Assembly (NCBI GenBank): GCA_964428235.1
Contig: CAYRXJ010000001.1
Coordinates: 5,077-36,545 of the forward strand
Direction: 5' to 3'
DNA: 31,469 nt
DNA from: an uncultured Candidatus Bathyarchaeia archaeon
GTDB lineage: Archaea; Thermoproteota; Bathyarchaeia; 40CM-2-53-6
The notes under the pieces were generated by a model. It was given only the letters and a program-made list of their open reading frames with translations. It searched no databases and was not told the origin of the DNA. A program made the translations under genes and the position numbers. Shown one piece after another: positions 23,543 to 31,469 of the stretch. The first letter of the stretch is position 1. Each line of letters starts with the position of its first letter.

Positions 23543-26447
23543 TTGGAGATCGCTCGAGAGAAAGTGGCAGAAGAAATGGGACTGGGCGAAAGTCAACCGG
23601 ACCGACCCTGATCCTCGCAAGCCGAAGTACTTCGTAACAGCAGCCTATCCCTACCCTAACTCTCCGCAACATATCGGACACGCAAGAACATACACTATCG
23701 CTGATGTCAACGCTCGATATCATCGGATGAGAGGCTACAACACCCTCTTCCCTATGGGATTCCACTACACAGGCGCTCCCTTGTTCGCGATGAGCAAACG
23801 GTTACGAGAAGGCGACCAGGAGATCGCTGAGACATTCACAAAGATCTACGGCATTCCCTCGGCGACACTGGAGAAGCTGAAAGAACCGAAATCGATGGCC
23901 TCATACTTCCGCGAGGATATCAGAAAGGGTATGCTGGAAATGGGCTTCTCCATTGACTGGCGTCGTGAATTCACAACGATCGACCCATTGTACAGCAGGT
24001 ACATCGAATGGCATTTTCAAACACTCAGATCGAAAGGGTTGATCACGAGGGGAACGCACCCTGTCGCATGGTGTCCTAATGACAAGAACCCGGTTAGCGT
24101 CGTTGATACGATCGGAGACGTTGAGCCGGATATTGGCGAGTCCTATCTTGTAAAGTTCGAAAAAGATGGAATCTACTATCCAACTTCCACCCTTAGACCT
24201 GAGACATTGTTCGGCGTCACTAATCTCTGGGTCAATCCTGAGGCGAAGTACGTCCGGGCGAATGTTGACGGAGACCTCTGGGTCATCAGCAGAGAAGCAG
24301 TGGAGAAACTAGTCGAGCAGAACCACGAGGTTGCGGTCAAACTCGAAGTCGACTCCTCCGAGCTACTATGGAAGAACGTGACCAGTCCTGTTACTGGAAA
24401 AGACGTTCTGATTCTTCCCGGAGGGTTCGTCGAACCGGACAATGGCACAGGTCTCGTAATGTCCGTTCCCGGTCATGCCCCATATGACTACCAAGCTCTA
24501 AAAGATCTAAAGAAAAGGTCCGAGGGTTCAGCTCAGAGCGCTATCGTTCGAGATATCGAGCCCATCTCAATAATTCTTCTCGAAGGATTCTCAGAATTTC
24601 CAGCCGCGGATCTGATAGAGAAGTTCAAGATCACAGACCAGAACGATCCCCATCTAGAACACGCTACACAGGAGCTGTATTCGAAGGAGTTTCACGACGG
24701 CATTATGAAAGAGAACACGGGCAATTATTCAGGAATGCCCGTTGCGAAGGCTCGAGACGCCATCGTCAAGGAACTGACAAGCGAAGGTTCCATCAAGACT
24801 CTCCTCGAGCTGAGAAACGCGCCAGTCGTATGTCGTTGCGGAACCAAATGTGTTGTGCACATTCTCGAGAACCAGTGGTTCATCAACTATGGCGACCCGG
24901 AATGGAAGAAACTAGCCCACAAGTGCCTGGATCAGATGGCTATTCTACCCGAAGAATTACGAGGGGAGTTCAACTACACGATCGACTGGCTAAGAGAGCG
25001 AGCGTGCGCAAGAGCAGTTGGCCTAGGTACCAAGCTCCCATGGGACAAGGAGTGGATCATCGAGGCCCTGTCCGACTCAGTCGTCTACATGGCCTACTAC
25101 CTAATCGCGAAATATCTGTCGAAGGACTGGGTGGTCTTCAAGAGGTTCGAAAATGACATTTCAAAGCTACCGGATGCGTTCTTCGACTACACGCTACTCG
25201 GAGCGGGAGAAGTAGGGCCGCTCGCTGAGCAGACGGGTATCTCAAAGAGGACATTGAATGCCATCCGGGCCGAGTTCGATTACTTCTATCCTGTCGACGT
25301 GCGCCATTCGGCACGGGACCTAGTGTCAAATCATCTTTCGTTCTACATCTTCCAACACTCAACACTCTTCCCCGAGAAGAAATGGCCGAAGGGCATTGTC
25401 GCCAACGGCTTTGTCCTGATGGAAGGTGCGAAGATGTCCAAATCACTTCAGAACATCATGCCACTACGTCTGGGAATCTCGAAGTTTGGTGCTGACCCCG
25501 TGAGGGTCGAGGTTATGGCTACGGCAGAGTTAGGTCAGGACACAGACTTCAGCGAAAGTCTCGCGACATCAATACAGGAACGACTAGTATCCCTAATATG
25601 GCAGGCCAAAATCATCGGCCGAAAGAAAACAACCAGCCGGTCAAGATACTCCTCAGTAGACCGGTGGATGATCAGCCGCCTGACAAGTGCGGTTGAAGCA
25701 ACAACCATTGCTCTTGACAAGTTGCGGGTTAGAGAAGCGATCAATATCGTCCTCTATCACCTTGATAACGACATCGCATGGTACAAGAGGCGGCTGGGAC
25801 CAAGGAAACGCGGGGGGGACAATCGCGACCGAGTTCTACGGATGGTTTTGGAGACAAGGACGAGAATGCTTGCACCCCTTGCTCCGCACACTGCCGAGGA
25901 GGTCTGGAATCGTATCGGCAACAAAGGGTTCGTTGTTCAAGCTGACTGGCCAGAAGTCAAAGAGGATGAGAAGGATGCTAAGGCGGAAATGGCTGAAGCC
26001 TTGATTCGGCAGGCCATGGAAGACACTTCTGAAATTACTAGAGCGACAGGCATCACTCCGAGAAATATTGCATACTATGTTGCTGCGGAATGGAAATGGC
26101 AAGTATACCTGAAAGCATTGCACTGGGCAGAGGAGAAGCGGAAGCCTGGGGAGTTCATCAAGAGCATTATGGCGGATCCTCAATTGCGAGCCATCGGCAA
26201 GCCCGCGGCCGACTATTCGTCCAAGGCAATGCAGCAAGCCAACCAGATGCCAGATGAGATGAGAAAGTCGCGTCTAGCCACGAATGATGTAGACGAGAAG
26301 CAGATCTTCGCGAGTTCGCTAGAGTTCTACCAACGGGAGTTCAAATCCAGAGTGGAAGTCTGGACGGAAGGAGACGCAGCCATAAACGATCCGAAAGCGA
26401 GATCAAAAAACGCGGAACCCTATAGGCCGGCAATCTTTCTGGAATAG
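23523..26447 (+). CDS. leuS: Leucine--tRNA ligase (archaeal/eukaryal type); apparent CTG (or ACG 23526) start
   Basis: The frame opens after TGA 23499-501. It encodes KFDWRSLERKWQKKW...KYFVTAAYPYPNSPQHIGH (HIGH at 23670-81) upstream of the ORF-track ATG 23727; KMSKS is present. Confidence 0.98.
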   Translation: MTPAKFDWRSLERKWQKKWDWAKVNRTDPDPRKPKYFVTAAYPYPNSPQHIGHARTYTIADVNARYHRMRGYNTLFPMGFHYTGAPLFAMSKRLREGDQEIAETFTKIYGIPSATLEKLKEPKSMASYFREDIRKGMLEMGFSIDWRREFTTIDPLYSRYIEWHFQTLRSKGLITRGTHPVAWCPNDKNPVSVVDTIGDVEPDIGESYLVKFEKDGIYYPTSTLRPETLFGVTNLWVNPEAKYVRANVDGDLWVISREAVEKLVEQNHEVAVKLEVDSSELLWKNVTSPVTGKDVLILPGGFVEPDNGTGLVMSVPGHAPYDYQALKDLKKRSEGSAQSAIVRDIEPISIILLEGFSEFPAADLIEKFKITDQNDPHLEHATQELYSKEFHDGIMKENTGNYSGMPVAKARDAIVKELTSEGSIKTLLELRNAPVVCRCGTKCVVHILENQWFINYGDPEWKKLAHKCLDQMAILPEELRGEFNYTIDWLRERACARAVGLGTKLPWDKEWIIEALSDSVVYMAYYLIAKYLSKDWVVFKRFENDISKLPDAFFDYTLLGAGEVGPLAEQTGISKRTLNAIRAEFDYFYPVDVRHSARDLVSNHLSFYIFQHSTLFPEKKWPKGIVANGFVLMEGAKMSKSLQNIMPLRLGISKFGADPVRVEVMATAELGQDTDFSESLATSIQERLVSLIWQAKIIGRKKTTSRSRYSSVDRWMISRLTSAVEATTIALDKLRVREAINIVLYHLDNDIAWYKRRLGPRKRGGDNRDRVLRMVLETRTRMLAPLAPHTAEEVWNRIGNKGFVVQADWPEVKEDEKDAKAEMAEALIRQAMEDTSEITRATGITPRNIAYYVAAEWKWQVYLKALHWAEEKRKPGEFIKSIMADPQLRAIGKPAADYSSKAMQQANQMPDEMRKSRLATNDVDEKQIFASSLEFYQREFKSRVEVWTEGDAAINDPKARSKNAEPYRPAIFLE

Positions 26448-26454
26448 CCCCTAG

Positions 26455-26757
26455 TTAGAGTACCCTAACTGCAACATGACACGTGGGGCAGAACTGGTAG
26501 ATCGTGTAGATCTCCGAAGAAGGCTTTCCTTCTTCGATATCGTGGACCATTATTCCCACCATTTCCTGCATGCAAGGACTGTGATGCGACTCTTCCATAT
26601 TGGTAACTTCGACCTTGGCGCCCTCCGGCATGTGCTTCTGCAATTCAACGACCAGGTCTTCCGATTTCTTTAGAGGGAACTCGTCGAATGGAATGTGAGG
26701 GTAGCCGTTCAGTAGTTGTGTAGTCTTTGCGGTGTTTCTCTTGGTCGTCTTCGTCAT
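26455..26757 (-). CDS. Hypothetical protein with HHSPC and CPTC motifs
   Basis: Non-overlapping 100-aa ORF; upstream GTGAAGAGAG and a CTTAAA box at 26819-26824 on the minus strand. Confidence 0.65.
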   Translation of the reverse strand: MTKTTKRNTAKTTQLLNGYPHIPFDEFPLKKSEDLVVELQKHMPEGAKVEVTNMEESHHSPCMQEMVGIMVHDIEEGKPSSEIYTIYQFCPTCHVAVRVL

Positions 26758-26948
26758 TCTCTCTTCACTTCGTAGCGTTTTCTACGATTATCGTAGCCTT
26801 AGCGGGCGAGAGTTTGGGTTTAAGCATTGAGTAACTCTCGCGTGGAGCGAAGCGGGTCTGGTTACCATTAGCGCTGAACGAATCCGTTCAACTCTTTCTA
26901 ACATCAATCTTTGCCGTCCCAATCGCTCTCTTGACGGCTAGCTTCTTG

Positions 26949-27152
26949 TCAGAAACGCCGCTTGAACTTACGTATGGGGTGCTGCTTCTCGATGGCGAAC
27001 CAGTCTCCCCCACAGTTGTTGGGGCAATCCTTCGCGTCGAGTTGTAACATCTCTCCCTCGTTATAGATCACATTGCGCCGTCTATCTTCGAATGTTCGTT
27101 CGAACTGGACGTTGCATTTTACGCAGCGGAGTTCTAAGACTGTTCTTACCAT
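26949..27152 (-). CDS. Small zinc-finger-like hypothetical protein (CVKC...CPNNC)
   Basis: CxxC and CxxxC pairs with a basic tail. ATG 27152 preferred; ORF-track start TTG 27191. Confidence 0.65.
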   Translation of the reverse strand: MVRTVLELRCVKCNVQFERTFEDRRRNVIYNEGEMLQLDAKDCPNNCGGDWFAIEKQHPIRKFKRRF

Positions 27153-27194
27153 CCACTCGGCCCTTTTTTTCTCATCTCGGGCGAAGCTCAAGGG

Positions 27195-27202
27195 TAATTA
27201 AA
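27195..27202. promoter_or_regulatory. TATA-like box between divergent zinc-finger and methyltransferase genes
   Basis: TAATTAAA ending 34 nt upstream of TTG 27236. Confidence 0.4.
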
Positions 27203-27235
27203 CCAGAAAGCCGACTGAGACTAACAGTCCGGAAG

Positions 27236-28393
27236 TTGCAACTGGAACAACACGAGCAAGCCCTAGGACTGGATCGCGGTCTTCAGGACCATCTTCGAGA
27301 GGTCTATGGCTCTAGAGCGGACGACGCTCTGCGCTCGATGTTTGCGCTACCGACAAAGTACTACTTTCGAATAAACACGCTCAAAGCGGCTCGAGCCGAC
27401 CTGATCGAATCGATGAGATCAAACGGCGTTCCCGTGGAACCGCATCTCTCGCTTGATGACGTTGGATTCTTTCGTTCACGCCCAAGTAGAGTGGAAATTC
27501 ATGAGGTCACTGTCGAAGCGGATAGAATAGCCGCGGAGGCGGTTCAGCTTGGAGCGCATCTGTACGCTCCCGGGGTTCGACTATGTCATGGGTTGCGACC
27601 GGGAAAGAGTGTGACCGTGATCGATGAGAAGGGAACAGCGGTCGGATCAGGGATCTCTCATCAGAGCGAGACCAGCATTCTTACGTTCCGACAAGGAATT
27701 GCAGTAGAAATCGAACACAGTCGAACCGGACTTCCCAGCATCCTTGAGACTCCATGGCATAGGAATGGCCAAATTCATCTGCAATCGCTCCCAGCAATTC
27801 TCACAAGCCATATTCTCGACCCGAAGCCCGACGAGACAGTCGTTGACCTCAATTGCGCACCTGGAGGCAAGACAAGTCATGTCTGCCAACTCACGCAAAA
27901 TCAGGCAGACGTTATCGGCTTCGATCGCAACAAGAAAAAGATCCTGAAAACCAAGGATCTAATGCAACGAATGGGATGCTCGAATTATCAGCTGATTGCT
28001 CACGAATCAAGGTATGTTCATCTCGACTACAACATCAAAGCTGACAAGGTCCTAGTCGATCCGCCTTGCACCGCGCTCGGAATCACCCCTAAACTCTCAG
28101 TTAGCACAACCATGAGAAACGTTGAGGCTTCTGCAGACTATCAGAAACAATTCTTGAAAGCCGCTTCACGAATCGTCAAGCGAGGAGGAATTGTCGTCTA
28201 CAGCGTTTGCACAATCACAGGGAAAGAGTGCGAGGACGCGATCCACTTTGCCGAAGACAACCTGGAGTTGGAACTCGTCGATCAAAAGCCATTCCTAGGA
28301 AGCAATGGTCTTGGCCCATTCGATCGCGCTCAACGATTCAACCCTGATACTGACGAAACGGGTTATTTCATAGCTCGATTCATCAAGAAATAA
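27236..28393 (+). CDS. RsmB/NOP2/NSUN-family RNA m5C methyltransferase with PUA domain (NSUN6-like architecture)
   Basis: YFRINTLK, PUA region (GAHLYAPGV...G..VTV...G..VG.G), DLNCAPGGKT, VDPPCTALG, VYSVCTI, GYFIARF. Start reassigned to TTG 27236. Confidence 0.9.
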   Translation: MQLEQHEQALGLDRGLQDHLREVYGSRADDALRSMFALPTKYYFRINTLKAARADLIESMRSNGVPVEPHLSLDDVGFFRSRPSRVEIHEVTVEADRIAAEAVQLGAHLYAPGVRLCHGLRPGKSVTVIDEKGTAVGSGISHQSETSILTFRQGIAVEIEHSRTGLPSILETPWHRNGQIHLQSLPAILTSHILDPKPDETVVDLNCAPGGKTSHVCQLTQNQADVIGFDRNKKKILKTKDLMQRMGCSNYQLIAHESRYVHLDYNIKADKVLVDPPCTALGITPKLSVSTTMRNVEASADYQKQFLKAASRIVKRGGIVVYSVCTITGKECEDAIHFAEDNLELELVDQKPFLGSNGLGPFDRAQRFNPDTDETGYFIARFIKK

Positions 28394-28404
28394 GTCGACG
28401 CTCG

Positions 28405-29586
28405 TTGGGACAGCTTCAGACTTTCGAGAAAAGACTACAGAGAGCAGTCCTAGCCGTACGGGATTCGATGATCAAAGAGGCAATCGTTCTGCACCATGAC
28501 GAGGCGGATGGGCTTACCTCAGCGGCACTTTCAAAGATCGCGCTTGAGCATCTTGGGCTAGAAACGAAATTAATCTGTCTCGACAAGCTCTACCCGGAGA
28601 TTCTAAGGGGGCTTGAGTCAGAGCATCGTCGCGTTATCGTGTACGTTGATCTAGGGTCGGGTCATGTTGATTGGTTGGTCAAAGAGAATCGATCTAACAG
28701 TTTGATTCTGGTCTTAGACCATCACGACACAATTAGTATTGAGGATCCCCTTCTCCATAATCTGAATCCTGAGCTTGACGGGTTTTCCGGGGAAAAGGAG
28801 GCGTCCTCAGCGACTGTCGCTTACTTCTTCGGAAAGGCTGTTCACCCTGAGTTGTCAAAATACGCCCACCTTGCAGCTATCGGCTCAGAGGAATTACCTG
28901 GAGAGGCACAAGGACTGAATTCGATTGCTATCACAGAAGGCATTGATGGGGGGCTACTGAGAGAGTCTGGAAAAGACTTCAAGCTTGAAGTGGCGGGAAT
29001 GAGGATGTCAAGGAGTCGCGTCTCCACACTGCTCAATGTTCTCGGGTCTGTCGGGTACTATCGGATGGGACCGTCAATGGGGGTTGAAGCATGCGAGATT
29101 GGTTTCAGCGAGGAAACTTTCAGGATTGCAAGAGCGTTCGAAGAAGAGCGAAAACAAGCGAATCAAAGAATGATAGAAAAGATTCGCGAGAACGGGCTTA
29201 CGCAAATGAAGAACATTCAATGGTTTCACGCTCGCGACAATTATGATGGTATGGGAGGCAAAGTCGTAGGGAGCTTCTGTTCTTACCTCCGATATCAGAG
29301 GGGAGTTAACCCGGTTCGATACCTGCTTGGTATGATGAACGTTCCCGCCAAGATTCCTGGTTGGGGGAACCTACCCTCTCCGCATGTAAAAGTCTCGGGG
29401 AGAGTTCCGCAAATCCTTGCCAAGTTGATCGAAAAGGGAAGCAAGCCACCATTATCGAATATTCTCCCAGCATCCTGCAACAGAGCTGGAGGATTTGGGG
29501 ACGGTCACTCTGTTGCGGCTTCGGGAGTCTTTCCTGTTGGGAAGGAGGGTTTGTTCGTCGAGGAAATTGATCGGCTTGCCAACTAG
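28405..29586 (+). CDS. DHH family phosphoesterase, RecJ/Cdc45-like nuclease
   Basis: HHDEADGLTS, VDLGSG, LDHHD, LNPEL.G..G...SSATVAY; DHHA1-like KVSGR and GDGHSVAASG. Confidence 0.88.
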   Translation: MGQLQTFEKRLQRAVLAVRDSMIKEAIVLHHDEADGLTSAALSKIALEHLGLETKLICLDKLYPEILRGLESEHRRVIVYVDLGSGHVDWLVKENRSNSLILVLDHHDTISIEDPLLHNLNPELDGFSGEKEASSATVAYFFGKAVHPELSKYAHLAAIGSEELPGEAQGLNSIAITEGIDGGLLRESGKDFKLEVAGMRMSRSRVSTLLNVLGSVGYYRMGPSMGVEACEIGFSEETFRIARAFEEERKQANQRMIEKIRENGLTQMKNIQWFHARDNYDGMGGKVVGSFCSYLRYQRGVNPVRYLLGMMNVPAKIPGWGNLPSPHVKVSGRVPQILAKLIEKGSKPPLSNILPASCNRAGGFGDGHSVAASGVFPVGKEGLFVEEIDRLAN

Positions 29587-29625
29587 GACTAACGTGGCCT
29601 TGTGATTTGCAGGCCCGTCTATTAC

Positions 29626-31218
29626 TCAAGCATCTTTGACGACTGTCTGTGCTTGCTCGTGCATGAATTCGAGCAAATAGTAGGGTCCGCCTACTCCCTT
29701 GCCAGTCGCGCCGCTTCCTTTCCATCCGCCGAAGGATTGTGATCCTGGCCAGGCGCCTGTGGTTGCTCCGCCTTTCCTGTTTGCATAAGTGACACCGAAG
29801 TCGATGTTCTGGAAGAAATTGTCGACTTCGCTCTGATTATTGCTGAATATTCCAGCGGTGAGCCCAAAATCAGTGTCGTTGGCTTTCTGTAGCGCCTCGT
29901 CTAGGGTCTTGACTTCGTCAACCACGACGAGTGGAAGGAAGAGCTCATCTTTCATCAGGCGGTCATTTGCGGGCAGACTTGTGACAACTGTTGGTTTGAC
30001 GTAGTAGCCCTTTGAGAGTTTCTTGTCTTCTGGTAGGCCCCCTGCGACAATCTTGCCCCCATCCTTCTTTGCAATTTCCAGAGATCGTTGGAACTTCTTT
30101 ACGGCTTTCTCGTTAATGACGGGTCCGACGAATGTCTCCTTCTCTCGAGGGTCGCCGACCTTGAGGTTTTCGACTTTGTCTTTGAGAATCTTCAGGAAAT
30201 CGTTCTTTATGGCCCTTTCAACATAGACTCGTGATGTTGCGCTGCATTTTTGGCCCCCGTATCCGAAGGCACTTCGAACGACTCCCTCTGCAGCCTTCTC
30301 GAGATCAGCGTTTGCTGTAACGAGGGCTGGGTTCTTGCTTCCCATTTCAGCGATGAACGGTTTCGGGTAGGGCTGTTTGTTGACGAAGTCTCGGTAAAGT
30401 TTCATCCCAACATCTTTGGAGCCTGTGAAGGCGATTCCTGCAACGTCGAGGTTTCTAGTGACCTCCTCCCCGAACTCCTCTCCAGGACCCGTGACAAAGC
30501 TGAGGGCTCCTGCCGGAACTCCGGCTGCGACCAATATCTCGTATAGTTTGAGGCCCGAAAAAGGAGCAGCACTGGTCGGGTGGAATACAACCGTGTTTCC
30601 AGTCATGAGTGCGGAGGCGACCATCCCAGTTGCGAGTGCTAGTGGGAAGTTGAATGGTGAAATCACTGCCCATACGCCGTAGGGCCGAAGAACACTTTTC
30701 GAGGTCTCGCCTGGGGCCCCTGATTGCATGGGTTTTACGTAACCATTGTTCTGCTCGAGGAGATCAGCATAGTAATCGAGAAAGTCGATTGCCTCGCTGA
30801 CCTCGGCGACTGCCTCGTAGCGGTTCTTGCCCACTTCGAGGGTTATGAGTGCGGCGAGTTTGTAGCGGTCCTCTTCCATGAGATCCGCGGCCTTTCGAAT
30901 TATCCTAACTCTCTCTGTCCAAGGTTTCCTGCTCCAAAGTTCGAATGCTGCTTTTCCGGATTCGATAGCTTTCCGTGCGTGCTGCGATGTTCCTTTCTGG
31001 AAATAACCTAACAGGATTTTTGTGTCCAGCGGGCTTCTAACATCGAATTCTCCGTCGTTTGCGGTAATTTTACGACCATCGACGAACATTGGGTGATGCT
31101 TTCCGAGATCAGCTTCAATCTGCTTGAGAGCCGCTTCATATTTCGGGTGAATGCTCGGATCAGCGAGAAGAGTGACATAGGTAATCTTGGCTTCAGGACT
31201 CAAAGTGATACCGGACAT
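29626..31218 (-). CDS. NAD(P)-dependent aldehyde dehydrogenase, most similar in pattern to 1-pyrroline-5-carboxylate dehydrogenase (RocA type)
   Basis: ISPFNFP, FTGS, AEMGSKN, GQKCSATSR, ELFLP, DFGLTAGIFS, FGGWKGSG. Substrate assignment is inference. Confidence 0.88.
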   Translation of the reverse strand: MSGITLSPEAKITYVTLLADPSIHPKYEAALKQIEADLGKHHPMFVDGRKITANDGEFDVRSPLDTKILLGYFQKGTSQHARKAIESGKAAFELWSRKPWTERVRIIRKAADLMEEDRYKLAALITLEVGKNRYEAVAEVSEAIDFLDYYADLLEQNNGYVKPMQSGAPGETSKSVLRPYGVWAVISPFNFPLALATGMVASALMTGNTVVFHPTSAAPFSGLKLYEILVAAGVPAGALSFVTGPGEEFGEEVTRNLDVAGIAFTGSKDVGMKLYRDFVNKQPYPKPFIAEMGSKNPALVTANADLEKAAEGVVRSAFGYGGQKCSATSRVYVERAIKNDFLKILKDKVENLKVGDPREKETFVGPVINEKAVKKFQRSLEIAKKDGGKIVAGGLPEDKKLSKGYYVKPTVVTSLPANDRLMKDELFLPLVVVDEVKTLDEALQKANDTDFGLTAGIFSNNQSEVDNFFQNIDFGVTYANRKGGATTGAWPGSQSFGGWKGSGATGKGVGGPYYLLEFMHEQAQTVVKDA

Positions 31219-31252
31219 CAGCCGATCCTAGGCTAAAGATAAGACTACGTCT

Positions 31253-31468
31253 CTATACTTGGACAGGTCGGACAGGCTTGTAGGTTATCGCAAGCAGACC
31301 ACCTAATATTCCGAGCACCGATCCGATTCCTGTCAGGAAGTTCCCTCCTGCGAAGAGGCCCACCACTGAGAAGACAAGTATCACGGTCCCCCAGGTTGAG
31401 AATTGATAGGTCCTAAAGCTCATCACAACCGCGCTCACTAAGACGAGAATCCCTGAGAGGATCAGAAT
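31253..31468 (-). CDS. Small membrane protein (DUF6114-like), 5'-truncated by the window edge
   Basis: The open frame runs to the window end: ILILSGILVLVSAVVM...WGTVILVFSVVGLFAGG..LTGIGSVLGILGGLLAI. Confidence 0.65.
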   Translation of the reverse strand: MLILSGILVLVSAVVMSFRTYQFSTWGTVILVFSVVGLFAGGNFLTGIGSVLGILGGLLAITYKPVRPVQV

Positions 31469-31469
31469 A

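Noticed and set aside
23523-23726. leuS as an N-terminally truncated or split gene, as the ORF track implies
   Set aside because: The upstream region is in the same open frame and encodes the HIGH motif. A near-cognate start explains it without a frameshift.
27092-27235. ORF-track N-terminal extensions (methyltransferase 27092, also secE 17415, rnhA 2913, zinc-ribbon 7512)
   Set aside because: The extensions are non-homologous, overlap neighbouring genes or cross putative TATA boxes, and better downstream starts exist.

Overview
Archaeal chromosomal segment, TACK-type and most consistent with Bathyarchaeia (inference from gene content and order). The centre and right carry a core translation superoperon: nep1 / rnp4-rps19e-PDCD5-like-rpl39e-rpl31e-[GNAT]-eif6-rpl18a-pfdA-ftsY, then Rdx, argF, dtdA, secE-spt5-rpl11-rpl1-rpl10-rpl12-alaS-leuS. 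After it come an RsmB/NSUN-PUA methyltransferase, a DHH/RecJ-like nuclease and an aldehyde dehydrogenase. The left 9.7 kb is accessory: aldo/keto reductase, bPH-zinc-ribbon protein, RNase HI, a three-gene membrane operon, tRNA-Gly(GCC), a zinc-ribbon protein and a YgfZ/GcvT-like protein. No CRISPR array, transposase or integrase was seen. Highlights: (1) leuS, rpl11 and rpl31e have no in-frame ATG/GTG/TTG upstream of their conserved N-terminal motifs and appear to start at CTG or ACG, and rpl18a probably also starts at CTG. (2) tRNA-Gly(GCC) has two BHB-type introns, at 37/38 and 53/54. (3) A bacterial-type GNAT gene sits between rpl31e and eif6, flanked by a degenerate duplicate of the eif6 5' end. 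(4) Two tandem paralogous membrane proteins with three His-containing repeats each precede a membrane-domain/SpoIIM fusion. rpl39e and rpl31e are missing from the supplied ORF track.
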